In this document: piece after piece, positions 39,925 through 51,959 of the stretch
Numbering within the stretch: the first letter of the stretch is position 1
Layout: every line of letters begins with the position of its first letter
Origin: Sarcophilus harrisii
Lineage: Eukaryota
Direction of reading: 5' to 3'
Assembly (NCBI GenBank): GCA_048593225.1
Contig: CM109174.1
Span: 125,683,754-125,747,753 of the forward strand
DNA: 64,000 nt
Notes under the pieces: generated by a model
What the model was told of the DNA's origin: nothing
Seen by the model: the letters and a program-made list of their open reading frames with translations, nothing else
The model's database searches: none
Translations under genes and position numbers: made by a program

Positions 39925-40440
39925 ATGGCTGAATTGTTAATGGCATATGAATGTAATTAAATATTACAAGCAGGCTTATTTCAGAAAAGCCTGGAAAGAC
40001 TTGGGTGAACTGATGCTAAGGGAGGTGAATAGAACCAAGAGAACATTGTACACAGCAACAAGATTATGTGAAGATCAATGTGGCTCTTTTCAACAATGAA
40101 GTGATTCGGGGCAATTCCAATAGACTTGGGATGGAGAGAGCCTTCTGCATCCAGAGAGAGACTGGGGACTGAATGTGGATCACAACATAGCATTTTCATT
40201 TGCTGCTGTTGTTTGTTTTTCTTCTGTTTTTTCTTTCTTTCACCTTTTGACCCAATTTTTCTTGTGCAGCATGATGAATATGGAAATATGTTTAGAAGAA
40301 TTGCACATGTTTAACATATTGGATTAGCTGCTGTCTATGGGAGAGGCTGGGGGAGGGAGAAAAATTTGGAGCACAATATTTTCCAAAGGTGAATGTTGAA
40401 AACTATTTTACATATATTTGGAAAAATAAAAATATATTAA
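39925..40440 (+). mobile_element. L1 3'-end copy, forward orientation, abutting the reverse copy head to head
   Basis: Starts inside the same family (..GGCTGAATGGCTGAATTGTTAATGGCATATGAATG..) and runs to an A-rich end near 40440. Confidence 0.6.
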
Positions 40441-42994
40441 AAATAATGATTACTACTATTGACGTACATTTATATGATTTGTGAAAAATATAAATGTATT
40501 GGGAATATACGCTTTAAAAAATAACAACAAATAAATGATAGGGAAGGGGTCACAGAAAACAAAGAAAAATGAAGGGAAGGAGAGAACCAAGCCTTATACA
40601 AAAGCTTGAACAAAAAAGGATTTTTGGAAACTCTTGGGGAAAACTTTGATTTCTTCCGTTTTCAACACAGACCAGCAAAACAAAAACAAAAAAGGCATAG
40701 TAGATACAGCATCATCCCTAGACAGGAGGACCTGAGTCCAAAGCTAGCCTTAGGCAATTACTACCTGTATGAACCTGGGCAAGTCTTTTAACCTTGACAA
40801 ATCCAAAACCAAAATAAAAAGCAGAGGAAGAGTACTCTTCATTCTATTTAAGACCACCCCATCCCCTGCCACTTCCTCCTCACATGACAGTATGTTTGTA
40901 AGAATTCAAAGTACCATAATCTTTTAGTATTACAAGGTTCATCATGTGGAAGAGGCAAAGATTTGACTTGTTTTGCTCAGCTCCAAAGGGAGGAATGAGG
41001 AACCACAGATATGTTCAGGAAAGCATATTTTTACTTTAAGTAAAAACTCCTTAGCAATTAAGAATTGCTCAAAAGAGGAATGGATTGTTGCAGGAGGTAG
41101 GTGACTCTCCTTCAGTGCAATTCTTTCAGCTGATGACTATTGGTTGGGGATATTGTCCAGGAAATTCCTGTTCAGGTATGGATTATATGACCACTGAGAT
41201 TCTTAATTAGCCCAAAGACCTTACTTAAACTCTCCCAAGCCTACTCTTAGCTAGTCCAATTTCAAGTTTTTAAAATAATAAAAAACTATGCAAAATCCTT
41301 CTCTGCTGTCTTATTTCACGGAGGTGATTTTGGTTCTTGGAAGGTTCTGCCAATAAACCTTAAGTTCTGGAAGGCTCTGCGCCACACTAGAAAAGCTTCA
41401 CATACAGTTTTGGTGACAGACTGAGTACCAAAGTAGCTACTACATATAGGAAGGCTCATCACCAGCTGGTTGCCCACTAAGTGACAAGATTCTCTGGCAA
41501 GTCAACCTCAAAAGAGAAAATAAACATTCTTGTGTGGCTGCCTCACATATATATACTTATAGCAGAGTGATAAAAAAGGGGGCAGGAGCTGCTAAGAAAC
41601 ACAACTTTTAAACTTAAAAAGAAGAACTCAACAGTAGATATTCTAAATGTGGGATTTTGTGTCCAATGGCAATGACTTGAAATACTTTTGGTTAAGCTGA
41701 CTCACATTATATAGTGATAGTCTCACAAATGAAAACAAAAGTGTTAAGCTAATGGGAAGGATAGCAAATATATTCTTCTCGGAAAGATAAAAGAATCAAA
41801 GAGATTGTTTCATTAGGTGCCCCAAAACAACTAAAAATAAAAATTTCATGGGATACTTGGTCATATCATCTTGTAGATGTTCTTAATGAGGATAAGCAAA
41901 AAAGACCATTTAGAGGGTGGGATAATCAATACACTGACATCCACTGCAGACATGAACTTCAAACTAAGCCAATAGAAACGTTGATATTTGGTGACTCCAT
42001 TGTAAAAATAGATACTGAGAATGGCATTCAGGTTGAAGAAATTAAAATGATTAAAGATTTATATCCTATTCTGAAAATTCAGACTAGAATATTATGAATG
42101 CTCTCTTCCAAAAAGAATTTGAAAGGTGCTGAACATGGCAAATCAATGTCACAAAAATGAAAAATTGACTTCCAACAGGAAACTTAAGTTTCACCTGAAT
42201 ATCAGCCCCCTTTTCTTAGCATAGCCAATTGAAATGTGTCCTGACTACAAGACCCTCTTCTTTCCTGAATGTCAATAAAGAGGGTAACCTCCTTTCCATT
42301 AGAGTTAGTGATTTTACTGAGGTAGCCAATCTAACTCACTTTATTATATGTATCACTGTTAATAAACTGATTTTGCTTGTAGTATATACCTCAGTTTACC
42401 TTATCCTTCAACTTTGCTAAAGTTGTTAATTGTTCCAACTAGTTTTTTAGTTGATTCCCTAGGGTTCTCTAAGTATATCATTATAACATCTGCAAAGAAT
42501 GATGATTTTGTTTCTTCACTACCTATTTTTATTCCTTTAACTTTTTTCCTGGTATCTCTGGCACAACATTGAATAATAATGGGCATCCTTCCTTTATCCC
42601 TGATGCTATTGGGGAAACAATGTTTATACCCATTACAGGTAATACTTGCTCTTGATTTTGGATACTACTTATTTTAAAAAAGACTCCATTAATTTTTATG
42701 CACTATTTTCCTACTAGCGAACTAGTTCTGCAGTCTTAATATAAATTCTTTGTGGTCAGTGTATGATTTTTGTGATATATTACAATAATCTCTTTGTTAG
42801 TATTTTAAGTTAAAATCTAAAAATTATGGAAACTGGTCTATAATTTTTCTTTTTCCTCTTCCTGGTTTAGGTATTGGAACCTTATCTGTGTCATAAAAAG
42901 AATAGTAGGATACCTTCTTTACCTATTTTTTTTTCCACTTGTGCATTCATCTGGCATTGGGGATTTTTTCAGGCTTGGTTCAATTACTTTTTTT

Positions 42995-43150
42995 AAAGAT
43001 AGGGTTATTGGGGTAGCTAGGTGGCACAGTGAATAGAACACCAGCTTTCAATCAAGAGGACTAGAGATCAAATCTGACTTCAGACACTTAACACTTCCCA
43101 GCTGTGTGACCCTGGGCAAGTCACTTAACCCCAACTGCCTCAACAAAAAA
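42995..43150 (+). mobile_element. tRNA-derived SINE copy
   Basis: GGGTAGCTAGGTGGCACAGTGAATAGAACACCAGC...GACTAGAGATCAAATCTGACTTCAGACACTTAACACTTCCCAGCTGTGTGACCCTGGGCAAGTCACTTAACCCCAACTGCCTCAAC(A)n. Confidence 0.7.
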
Positions 43151-43372
43151 TTTTTTCTAAAAAGTTATTTAAGATTTCATTTTTTCTTTTCTTAACCCAG
43201 TTAATTTATATTTTTGTAAATAGTCATCCATTTAACTGAAATTGTCAATTTTACTGGCATATAATTAGATAACTCCCAATTGTTGCTTTAATTTCATTTT
43301 CATTGGTGGTACATTCACTCTTTTCATTTGATATTAGTAATTTGGTTTCTTTTTAAATTTTTAAAAATAAAA

Positions 43373-43530
43373 TTAGGGGCAGCAATAGATAGAGCACCAG
43401 CCTTTAAGTCAGGAGGACCTGAATTCAAATTTGACCTCAGACACTTAATAGTTCCTGGCTGTGTGATCCTGAGCAAATCACTTAATCCCAATTTCCTCAG
43501 TAAAAAAACAAAACAAAATTTAAAAAAAAT
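43373..43530 (+). mobile_element. tRNA-derived SINE copy
   Basis: GGGGCAGCAATAGATAGAGCACCAGCCTTTAAGTCAGGAGGACCTGAATTCAAATTTGACCTCAGACACTTAATAGTTCCTGGCTGTGTGATCCTGAGCAAATCACTTAATCCCAATTTCCTCAG(A)n. Confidence 0.7.
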
Positions 43531-44149
43531 CAAATTAACCATTTCCCCCACAAAAGTAGTTGCATTTTATTTATTTGCTCACTTTCAATTTTATTAATTC
43601 TTTGATTTTCATGATTTCATTTAGATGTTTAATTAGGGATTTTTAATTTGTTCTTTTTTTCTAGGGCTTTTTTCCCCCTCTATATGCTCAATTTATTCAT
43701 ATGCTCTTTCTCTCTACATTTAGAAACATAAACTTTCCCCAAGTATTCCTTGGCTACATTCCAAAGGTGGGACAGAAGTCTTTCTAAGAGACAAGGAGGA
43801 AAAGAGAGAGGTTGATCTCTGGAATTCCCTACAGGGGAGAGGGGGGCTGGATCTACTTCACAGGAGAAGGAAAAAAAAAAAAAAAAAAAGACTCCTAACA
43901 GACTTTTCTCCTTCCACTTTCTCTTTCTCTTCTGAGTGCTGCATCCTTAATGCCAAAATAATATTAGACACAACTGATGGTTCATGAAGGGAGGTTAGAA
44001 TAACGGAAAGATGGCTAAATTTTAGAGAATCAGCATGTTGGCTTGAATCCTCCTCATTCACTATGTGACCTACCTTCTCTAGGATTCAGTTTTCTCATCT
44101 GTACAAAAAGGGAACTTATAAGGAAATCATAAAGGAGTGAAAAGGCACA

Positions 44150-44640
44150 TGTGTAAAAATGTGTGTAGCAGCTCTTTTTTTGTGATAGCAGAGAATTGGA
44201 AAAAGAGTAAATGCCCATCAATTGAGGAATGACTGAACAAGTGTTATATGAAGATAATGGAATATTATTGTTCTATAAAAAATAATGAACAAGCTGATTT
44301 TAGAAAATCTTAGCAAGATTTATACAAACTAATGCTGAGCAAAACAAGCAGAACCAGGAATACATTGCACACAATAACAGCAAGAATGTTTGATCAACTC
44401 TGAAAGACTTGATTCTTTTCAGGGTTCAGTGATCCAAAGCAAATGCATCAAGAAAAAAAAATTGGGAGATTGCATGTAAATCAATACATATTATGTTCAC
44501 TTCTTTTTTGTTTTTTAAAATCTTTTTCATGGTTTTCCCTTTTGCTGATTTTTTTCTCCCAACATGATTCATAAAGCAATGTGTATTAAAAAATAAATCA
44601 AAACAAAAAACAAGAAGGGGATTAAACTAGATGACTTCTA
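44150..44640 (+). mobile_element. L1 3'-end fragment
   Basis: ..GAGGAATGACTGAACAAGTGTTATATGAAGATAATGGAATATTATTGTTCTATAAAAAATAATGAACAAGCTGATTTTAGAAAATCTTAGC... Confidence 0.6.
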
Positions 44641-47600
44641 AGGTTTTTTTTTTTTTTTTCCCCTCCACCTCTATGATCACAGGTCACTTTCTCGTTCAAA
44701 AGTCTTCAATGGTTTCATACTGGTAAAGCCTGAATTCCTTCTGTTATTCAAGGTTTTTCACTATCTGGCAGCAGCCCAATATGCATTACTCATTCCCTAG
44801 CAATCCTTTGCTTACAGTTTCCTAAGCCCAGAATGCCTTCTCTGTCCCTTTTAGGCTGTTGAATCCCTATTCCTCCATTAATGCCCATCTCAAAGACAAT
44901 GAAAATTGTCTTCGTTTTACCCCATTTTACTTCAATTGTCCCCCTTGAGTTTCACATGGCATTTGGTACTTCATTAGTGCATTCATATTGAAATATTGTC
45001 TTCTGGCACATGTAACAGCAAACTATGATGCTAAGGTTCACAGGCTCATAGATTTATTATTGGGAAGGACTTCTGAGGCTATGGAATTCAACCTTTACAT
45101 CTGACAAATGAAGAAACTGACACAGGGGTTATGGAAATGGAATGAACCACACTATCTTATGACAAGCCTGGATCCGACTCATTTCCCTTTCTATTCATTT
45201 ATGGGTTTAATTCATTTTTTCTTGTGAAAAAACTTTATTGCGTTACTATTTACTTTTGTATTACTTAAACCTAGCCCTTCATTGCTGGGAAGCTGGACTA
45301 TCTCTATCTGCTGTTTAGAGACCCTTAACTAAGGACCAAGTTACACTGACCAGAAACCCAGTCAGACCTGAAGACTGATCCAGTATTGGTCCAAGAGTTA
45401 TTGTTTCCTTTTTCTTTTGATTGAATATAGATACTTGGGGCAGGGGGGAAACCTCTTTCCCTGATTTTAGGAAATTGTACCCATTCATTCTCCCCTGCCT
45501 AGTTTAAAAAACCCTTAATCTTTCTTCCAATTAAAAATCAGATTACCTAATCTTGAATCCTAATTTATATCCTGTTTTCTTTTAATATATCTTCCCCTTC
45601 TATTCAGAGTCCAGGGTCAAGCTGGGTAGATCTGGGTCTGATCTGGTATGCAACTGACATGCTTTGCTTAAAAAACTGATATACTTGGAATTTCAAACCT
45701 TTATTTTCTCAGTTATTTCAGGTTTTGCCCATCACAGTGTTTTAATGAAATCAGCCAGAATCAGGAAAGGATTCAGAACTCCCCCTCTCCCACCAGGGAA
45801 TAGTATCTTAGCTTTGCAGAAGACTGCTCCAAAGGTCAAACTTCCCTATCAATTTCAAATTATTTTAAGTTAAGAATCCCCCCTATACTGTTGGGAACCA
45901 TTTGCCCCCCCATCTTGCTGAGGAAGAGATACTCCCTTTAAGGAAAAGGACCCATCAACAAGACAGCCGAGGGTCACATAGCTAATAAATGTCTGAAATA
46001 GCCTCATTTCCATCTGCTCAGGACATCTAGAACTGTATGTCCCATAGACTTTTTAAACTCAATCTTTCTCTCCCCTCTCCTTTTACTAATTTACCTTTTA
46101 CTATGAAGTATAACAGTACTTCTTGTCTCCTCCCACTCTAGTAAATCCTGTACTCAATCATCAAAATGATTTTTCTAAAGTACAAGTGTGACCTCCTTCC
46201 CCCAATTCTAATGGTTCTATTCCAATTCTATTTCTTCCAGAGCTCCTCTGTTTGGCTTCTAAGGACCTTCACAAACTGCTTCTTACCTTTTCAATCTTCT
46301 TTACTCCCTTCTATCTCATTTTAAAATTCAGTAGACACTGACCTCTTTCCTGTTCCTTGAACAAGATACTCCCGTCTGGAACTTAAGCTTTTTCACTGGC
46401 TTTTCCCATTGGTCTGGTGTGCAACCCTTCTGGCTTCCCTAAAAGTTTCACAAGGTCTTTTTCCAGTCCTCCTTAATGTTACCTTCAATTTACTCTGCAC
46501 AGTTGTTTCTATGCTACCTGCCCCTGGGAATCCCTCAAGATCAAGAACGTTATTCTCCATCAGTATCTAGAGCAACAGTATTTGCACAGAAGAGCTATTT
46601 GGTGTTTCTTAACTTCCAATCAACTAATCTTTAATGCGGAGCCAGCTGTCTCATGCTGGGTCTCGGTGCCCAGGACACAGCAGGTGTTTTATCAAGCTTT
46701 TGTTGAAAGATCCATGAACTTCTTTTAATAGTGCCTTGTTCCTAACTTTCCTTGGAAAGATACTGCATGCCGCCTACCTCAGCTTTACATTCACAAGAGA
46801 GACTCCGGGGGCACCCGATAGCAGTCATGTCCGTGTGCTTTTATTTCTGGGAGCAGGCGGTCCCATTAAAAAACCGAAACATTTGTTACAGCTAGCATGG
46901 CTTTTTATAGCTAATGGATCACGAAGAATTACCCTGTGAGCGAAGTGCAATCAATTGGGCCTGAGCGACGCGCCCCGGCTCACACAACTAGTAAGGGTCC
47001 GAGGCCCGATTAGAACTCGGGGAATCCCCACTTCTACCCACTCCGCCTCTTGCTGGCAACAGGTCCGACGGCTAAGACTTGTCAGTGAGAAGCCAGCTGA
47101 GGAGACGGTGGCGGAGGCCGAGTCGGAAGATGAGGAAAATGATTTCCCCCTCTCTTGGATGATTTCCTTATCCGCAAAAGGGGAGTTGGGATCTCCAAGG
47201 CCCCTCCCAGGATCGTTACGAGATTTCTAAAGGCCCTTTCGGTTTCCAGGCCGTGGGTTTCGCTTCCTGCTTTTCCTCTGGGCTAACCCACTACCAAGGC
47301 CAGAGTGAGTCCCGGATTAAGGCCCTGGTTAAAAGGGTGGGTCGGGAGACAACTCTTGGCCCGGGGGGCTCGGGCCCAGACTGGGCCAAAGATTGACAAA
47401 GGAGACTGGGAAGTTGGGGCAAGGAGTAATCTCCCAACCTCGCCCGGAGCTCGCCCGGAGCGACAGTCTCAGCCGCGTCTGGGGCGGCTTTAAGAGGAAG
47501 AAGCTAGCCGGGCTGACCTACACCAGCCCGGGGCTGAGCCCCGCGCGGGAGCCCGCCCAGGAGCGCGGCGGGCGGGGGCGCAGGGGCAGACGGCGCGTTC

Positions 47601-48004
47601 CCTCTCAGCCTGCTCGGCGCGGAGGGCCAGGCAGCGCAGGAGCCTCTCCCGGGGCGGAGAAGGGGGGCGGCGGCGAGCGGGGCCCTAACCGCAGGGAGCG
47701 CTCTTCCGCTGCCAAGGCCGGGGCGCGCCCGTCAGTCGGGGGGATTTCTCCGTGCACCCCGAGCCCCTTACCCGCTCCTCCAGGAGCCCCTTCCAGAACA
47801 GCAGCGCGCTGCCCCGGCGGCGGTATCGAATCCGTGATAGGGAGGGCATCAGCCGCTGGTGGGAAGGGGAGAAGGGGCGGGGGCAACTCACCCGGGGTAG
47901 CCCCTTCCCGGCTGCCGCTCGCTACCCTTTTCTCCGGCCTGGGGTCCCGCCCCGCCCCAACAGGCTCCTTAAGGGAAGTGGGGGGGGGGGCGAGGCCGGA
48001 GAAC

Positions 48005-48119
48005 ACTTACGAGGGGGTCTCGGAGCCGCTGGGCGGGAGGTGCGGTCGGCGCGGCCGCCGTCTCATGCCTCAGAGTCGCAGCGCTCCCCCGCCCGCCTGC
48101 TCCCAGCCTGCTTATATAG
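48005..48119 (-). promoter_or_regulatory. MVP: Candidate MVP core promoter and non-coding exon 1: TATATAAG (minus) at 48112-48119 and GTAAGT donor at 48010-48005
   Basis: Seen in sequence: a minus-strand TATA-like box and a consensus splice donor about 100 nt downstream, inside a CpG island. Inference: in human the MVP transcription start lies next to the PAGR1 3' end. The acceptor would be ctctgaAG just upstream of the MVP ATG (38907). Confidence 0.3.
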
Positions 48120-48425
48120 ACTTCCCGGCAGCACGAGCCGGGCCCGGGAGGGGGTGGGGCCGGAGCCTTTAAAGGGCCCAGCGGGGGCGGGGCGGGGGGC
48201 GGCGCTGCCTCCGCCGGGAAGCTCCCGGCTGTGAAGGCTCCACTTCCCACACGCATGATGTGGGGAGGCCGGGAGGAAGGGCCAAAGTTCTGGCCGAGCG
48301 TCCCGGGAACCCCGGGGTACTCGTGCACCTCCGCCGAGGGGAAGGGGGGCGGGGACGGCAGCGCCGCCCGCCCGAGCGAGCGAGCGCTTTCTCCGCCGCA
48401 GGGAGAGGGCAGGGCCGAGGCCAAG

Positions 48426-48431
48426 CTGCAC
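48426..48431 (-). other. PAGR1: AATAAA polyadenylation signal (minus strand) for PAGR1
   Basis: TTTATT on the plus strand about 190 nt downstream (on the minus strand) of the PAGR1 stop, in an AT-rich pocket within GC-rich sequence. Confidence 0.55.
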
Positions 48432-48617
48432 GGGCTTTATTTAGGTACTAACTATCGGTATAAAAAGCCTGGCGCCTAACTGCGCGCTTACAAAGACACA
48501 CCCACCGAAAGGCGCCCGGCCCCAGCGCGCCGCTCTCCCCAGCCGGCCGGCCTCGTGCCGAGCGCGCTCGCGTCCCGGGGCCTCGCAGGGGCGCCTCGCA
48601 GGGGAGCCCCCGGTCCG

Positions 48618-48817
48618 TCAGTACTTCCTCTGCCGCAAGAAGAGCCCCCCTCCGGTCGGCCGGACGGGCGTGCTCGAAGGCGAGGGGTCTTCCGAGTCCA
48701 GGCTGAAGAGATCCCGGCCCGTCCTGAGGATCTGCTCCTCCAGCTTCTTGTGGCGCTTCATGTCGGAGAGAACCTTATCGAGGCGGGCCTCGCGCTTCTG
48801 GCTCCGGGCCGAGCTCC
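48618..48817 (-). CDS. PAGR1: PAGR1 exon 3, terminal (includes TGA stop at 48620..48618)
   Basis: Encodes (G)[65 protein letters not shown]. Acceptor cacccAG. Human PAGR1 ends ...RSSGSSLFPRQRKY (from memory). Confidence 0.85.
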
Positions 48818-48984
48818 CTGGGTGAGCGCACGGGATGGGAAGCCTGAGGACCCGCCGCCCGCCGCCCGCGCGGGGCCCCGGAGAGGGAGCCAGAAGGTCA
48901 GTGACACCGACTCCGCCGCGGGCAGGGGGCGCACACCCGGGCTCCCTCCCCTCCCCCCCACGCGCCCCCTCCGCAGCGCCGTAC

Positions 48985-49067
48985 CTGGGGTCCGCCTTCT
49001 GTCAATCAGGGAGTTCTTGGGCGTCATCGGCTCGTCGTCAAAGTCAAACTCTGTGGGCACAGGAGGT
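48985..49067 (-). CDS. PAGR1: PAGR1 exon 2
   Basis: Encodes (K)[27 protein letters not shown] plus G. Acceptor cctcAG and donor GTACGG. Anchored to ORF 48758..49060 (its leading M is really a GTG valine). Confidence 0.85.
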
Positions 49068-49382
49068 CTGAGGCCGACCAGAGAGAGCGCTGCGGGTTAG
49101 ACACCCCCAAGGAGAAGGGGGGCGCCCCGCTTTTCCCCGACACGCTCTCCGGGTCTCTCTCTGGCCCTCCTCCCTCCCTCGCTCGGTAGATCCCCCGGTT
49201 TCCTGCCCCTTCCCTGGGGCTTCCAAGTCCTACTTTAGAGAAGTTGGGGAGCCGCGAGAAACTGCCACCCAAGGGCCGCCTGCCTCGGTCTCCTCGCCCG
49301 TAAAAGCCCGCCCCTGCCCCCGGCGCGGGGGCCGCCTCGCCGGGGCTCTCCCTCCCCCCGCCCTCGGGCAGCCCCCGCTCAC

Positions 49383-49879
49383 TTTTCCTCCTCCTCCTCC
49401 TCCGCCTCAGGCTCTTCGTCGGATTTCTCCTCCTCGCTCTGGACCTCGGGAGTGGGCGGTCTGCGGGGCAGGATCTCCGCCTGCAGCTCCAGAGTGCCGT
49501 GGGTGGCCAGCAGCTCGTAGAGCTTCCGGATCTCGGCGGGGGGTGGCATCCAGGGCTCTCCGTCCCGGGGCAACTCTAGCTCCTCGTCGCTGCAGGGCAC
49601 GCACCAGTCCTTCTTCCCTTCATCTTCCTCGTCTTCCTCCTCCTCCTCGGATGTTCCCGCCGGTTCCACCTGTGGCTCTTCCGGAGCGGGCTGCTCCGCT
49701 TCCACCTCCACCTGGACTTCTTCTCGGGCCCTTTCCCTTTCCTGCTGCTCTGCCTCCGGAGTGGGGTCGGGGCGGGAAGGGGCCCCGGCGGGGTCCTCCA
49801 CGGCCAGGGCCTCCAGGCCAGACGTCACCTCCCCTTCCCCGGGCTCCGACGCCGCGCCGGTCACCGCCAGGGACTCCAT
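49383..49879 (-). CDS. PAGR1: PAGR1 exon 1 coding part (ATG at 49879..49877)
   Basis: Encodes [30 protein letters not shown]...[75 protein letters not shown] plus AA; donor GTGAGC. Matches the glutamate-rich human PAXIP1-associated glutamate-rich protein 1. Confidence 0.85.
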
Positions 49880-50700
49880 GGCCCCGGGCCAGGGCCCTCA
49901 CGCTGCGGGGGAGGAAGCCCTACAGTGACTGACAGCTCAGGGAATCCCGGGCCGCTGGATACTGGCCCGCCCTCGGGGGGAGGTGAGTCTGCGAGAGGGA
50001 TCCCCGGCCCCCAAGTGCGGGAAGGGGGAGAGCCCCAGCTTGGCAGCGTAAGGGCGCGCTGCCCCCCACCCCCGACCCCCATTTCCAAAGGCTTCCACAT
50101 CGGCCCCGGGACTGGGCTCTCCCAGCGTAGAGGGAGGAAGGAGTTCTTTACAAAAAGCCACGCCTCCACCCCCAGTTTACGAAGCCGCCCCGGGAGAGGT
50201 CACGCACCTCGGCGGGACCCGTCTCCAGCCTCTCCCCCTTGTCCCCGGGAGTCAGACCCGGACAAGCTTGGGGGGATGGGCCGGGGAACGAGGAGAGTCC
50301 GCGCGCGCGCGCTTCTCCCACGTTAGCTCCGCCCCCCACTCTCCGCCCCAGCGACCGCGGCGCGCGCATCCACACGGTCCCCCGCGAAGTCTGTCTCGGG
50401 GCCAACTCCCACGGCCACGCGGCGTCTGCCCGCGTCCCTTCCTGAGCGCGAGGAGACCCGATACGCACCTAGCGCAGCGCCCCTGCCCGCCCCTGTCTCA
50501 TCCCCACCCCGACTCGGGCCCCGGTAGGCGCGGCCCAGGAGGTGAGGCAAGAGCCCTGTGATCCAAGGGCCTGGCGCCTGCCAGGAATCAAGATGGCCAC
50601 CAGGGCCGCGCGTGCGCACCGCATCACACATGCTCGCTCCGTGCCTTCTCCCTGCGCCGCCTGCTCCTCGCCTTCCTTCCGCCTCCCCTCCCCCTCCCCA
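49880..50700 (-). promoter_or_regulatory. PAGR1: CpG island, probable PAGR1 promoter and 5'UTR
   Basis: High CpG density directly upstream (higher coordinates) of the PAGR1 ATG. No TATA box seen. Confidence 0.45.
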
Positions 50701-51959
50701 GAGAGGCGATGATTTTGAGGGCCGGCCGTCGCGCGCGTCTCCGCATCCCCTTAGGCTTTGCAGAGCTGCTGCTGCGCCACAGCTGTAGGAGGCGGGCAGG
50801 GCGTGCGTCTCCCTGCCCGTTTTGCAGATGAGGGAACTGAGCCGCAGAAGGGGGGCTGCAGGGGGCCGTCTGAATCCCGGGATTGGAGTGTGCCTGGGAT
50901 CACCTCGATGGGGGGGCGGGGAGTGGGGCAGCGGCGGGGAGTGGGGCAGCGGCGGGAGGGCAGAGCCCTGGGCTGGAGCGGAGGAGCAGATGGACAGAAG
51001 AAGCCGAGGAACAACGTCTCATGCACAATCTCAAGTTTATTGGTGCTCAGATTCATGCAGCATCCTCCATACAAAATGGGTAAACAGTAAGATAATTTTG
51101 CTGTTTTTTTTTTTTTTAAGATCCGTGGAGTTTTTCTAACCACGCTTTTTTTTTCTTTTCTTTTTTTCTTTTTTTTTGAGAAAAATCTACCACCTGGACT
51201 GGGTAGCTCCCTACCCCCACCCCCACCCTCTTGCCCCGCCTCGTGCGGCAAAGTCGCCCTAGTCCCCTTAAAAAAAAATCCACGAGGACACGCCCCTTGC
51301 AAGCCCAGGCTTCCAGCTCAGTCGCTGGGCATTTGGTCCGATTTTTTTGCTTTTTTTTTTTTCTTACAAAGCACGTGAATGGCACAACCCTCCCCCTATA
51401 AATAAACGAATACATAAATAAACTGTTAAAATCCTCTCCTTTGGGCAGCCAGGGGAGGGGGATGCGGGCCGGGGCACAGCGCCTGGGTGATTGGCCTGGG
51501 CCAGCACGCGCCCAGCTTGGAAACCACCCGCCCCAGTTACATTCCCTCATGCGTGGTACGTAAGACAGGCATCGCAGACCAAACAGCAATGCACCCCAGG
51601 CCCCCCTCCCCCCGCGAAATTAGGAGATTCCCTAAACCCACCCCCCTCCCTTTCCCTCATGCCCCTCGATGCAGCTTTCTCCCCGTACTCGGCTTCACAG
51701 GGAGATACTGGGAGGGGAGACATTTAGTCTGCTCCCAGGAATCGTCTTTGAAGAGACGGAACAGTCAGAGAGAGAGGCTGGGGTTTGTTTTTGCATATCA
51801 TTCCCGGGAGGATGTCTCAACATCATTCCCTTTCCCAATTTGAACTGGGCAAAGCCTCTGTCAACGCCTTCTTGTGAAAGAAGGAGGAGAGCAGGCTCTC
51901 AGAAAGATGGGTCTGTTCACCTGGAGGTGGGGACCAGGGTCCCGTCACCCACCACAGCC

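Noticed and set aside
47393-48172. 259-aa plus-strand ORF (and overlapping ORFs 47605..48006, 47752..48234, 47969..48424) in the 47-48.5 kb CpG island
   Set aside because: R/G/P/A-rich low-complexity translations of a roughly 75% GC sequence, in several overlapping frames on both strands. There is no splice structure and no resemblance to any protein family. This is an expected artefact of stop-codon-poor GC-rich DNA.
48455-48470. Plus-strand TATAAAAA at about 48459
   Set aside because: It lies in the AT-rich pocket that forms the minus-strand PAGR1 poly(A) region (…TTTATTTAGGTACTAACTATCGGTATAAAAAG). No plus-strand gene or exon follows it, so it is more likely part of the 3'-end processing context than a promoter element.
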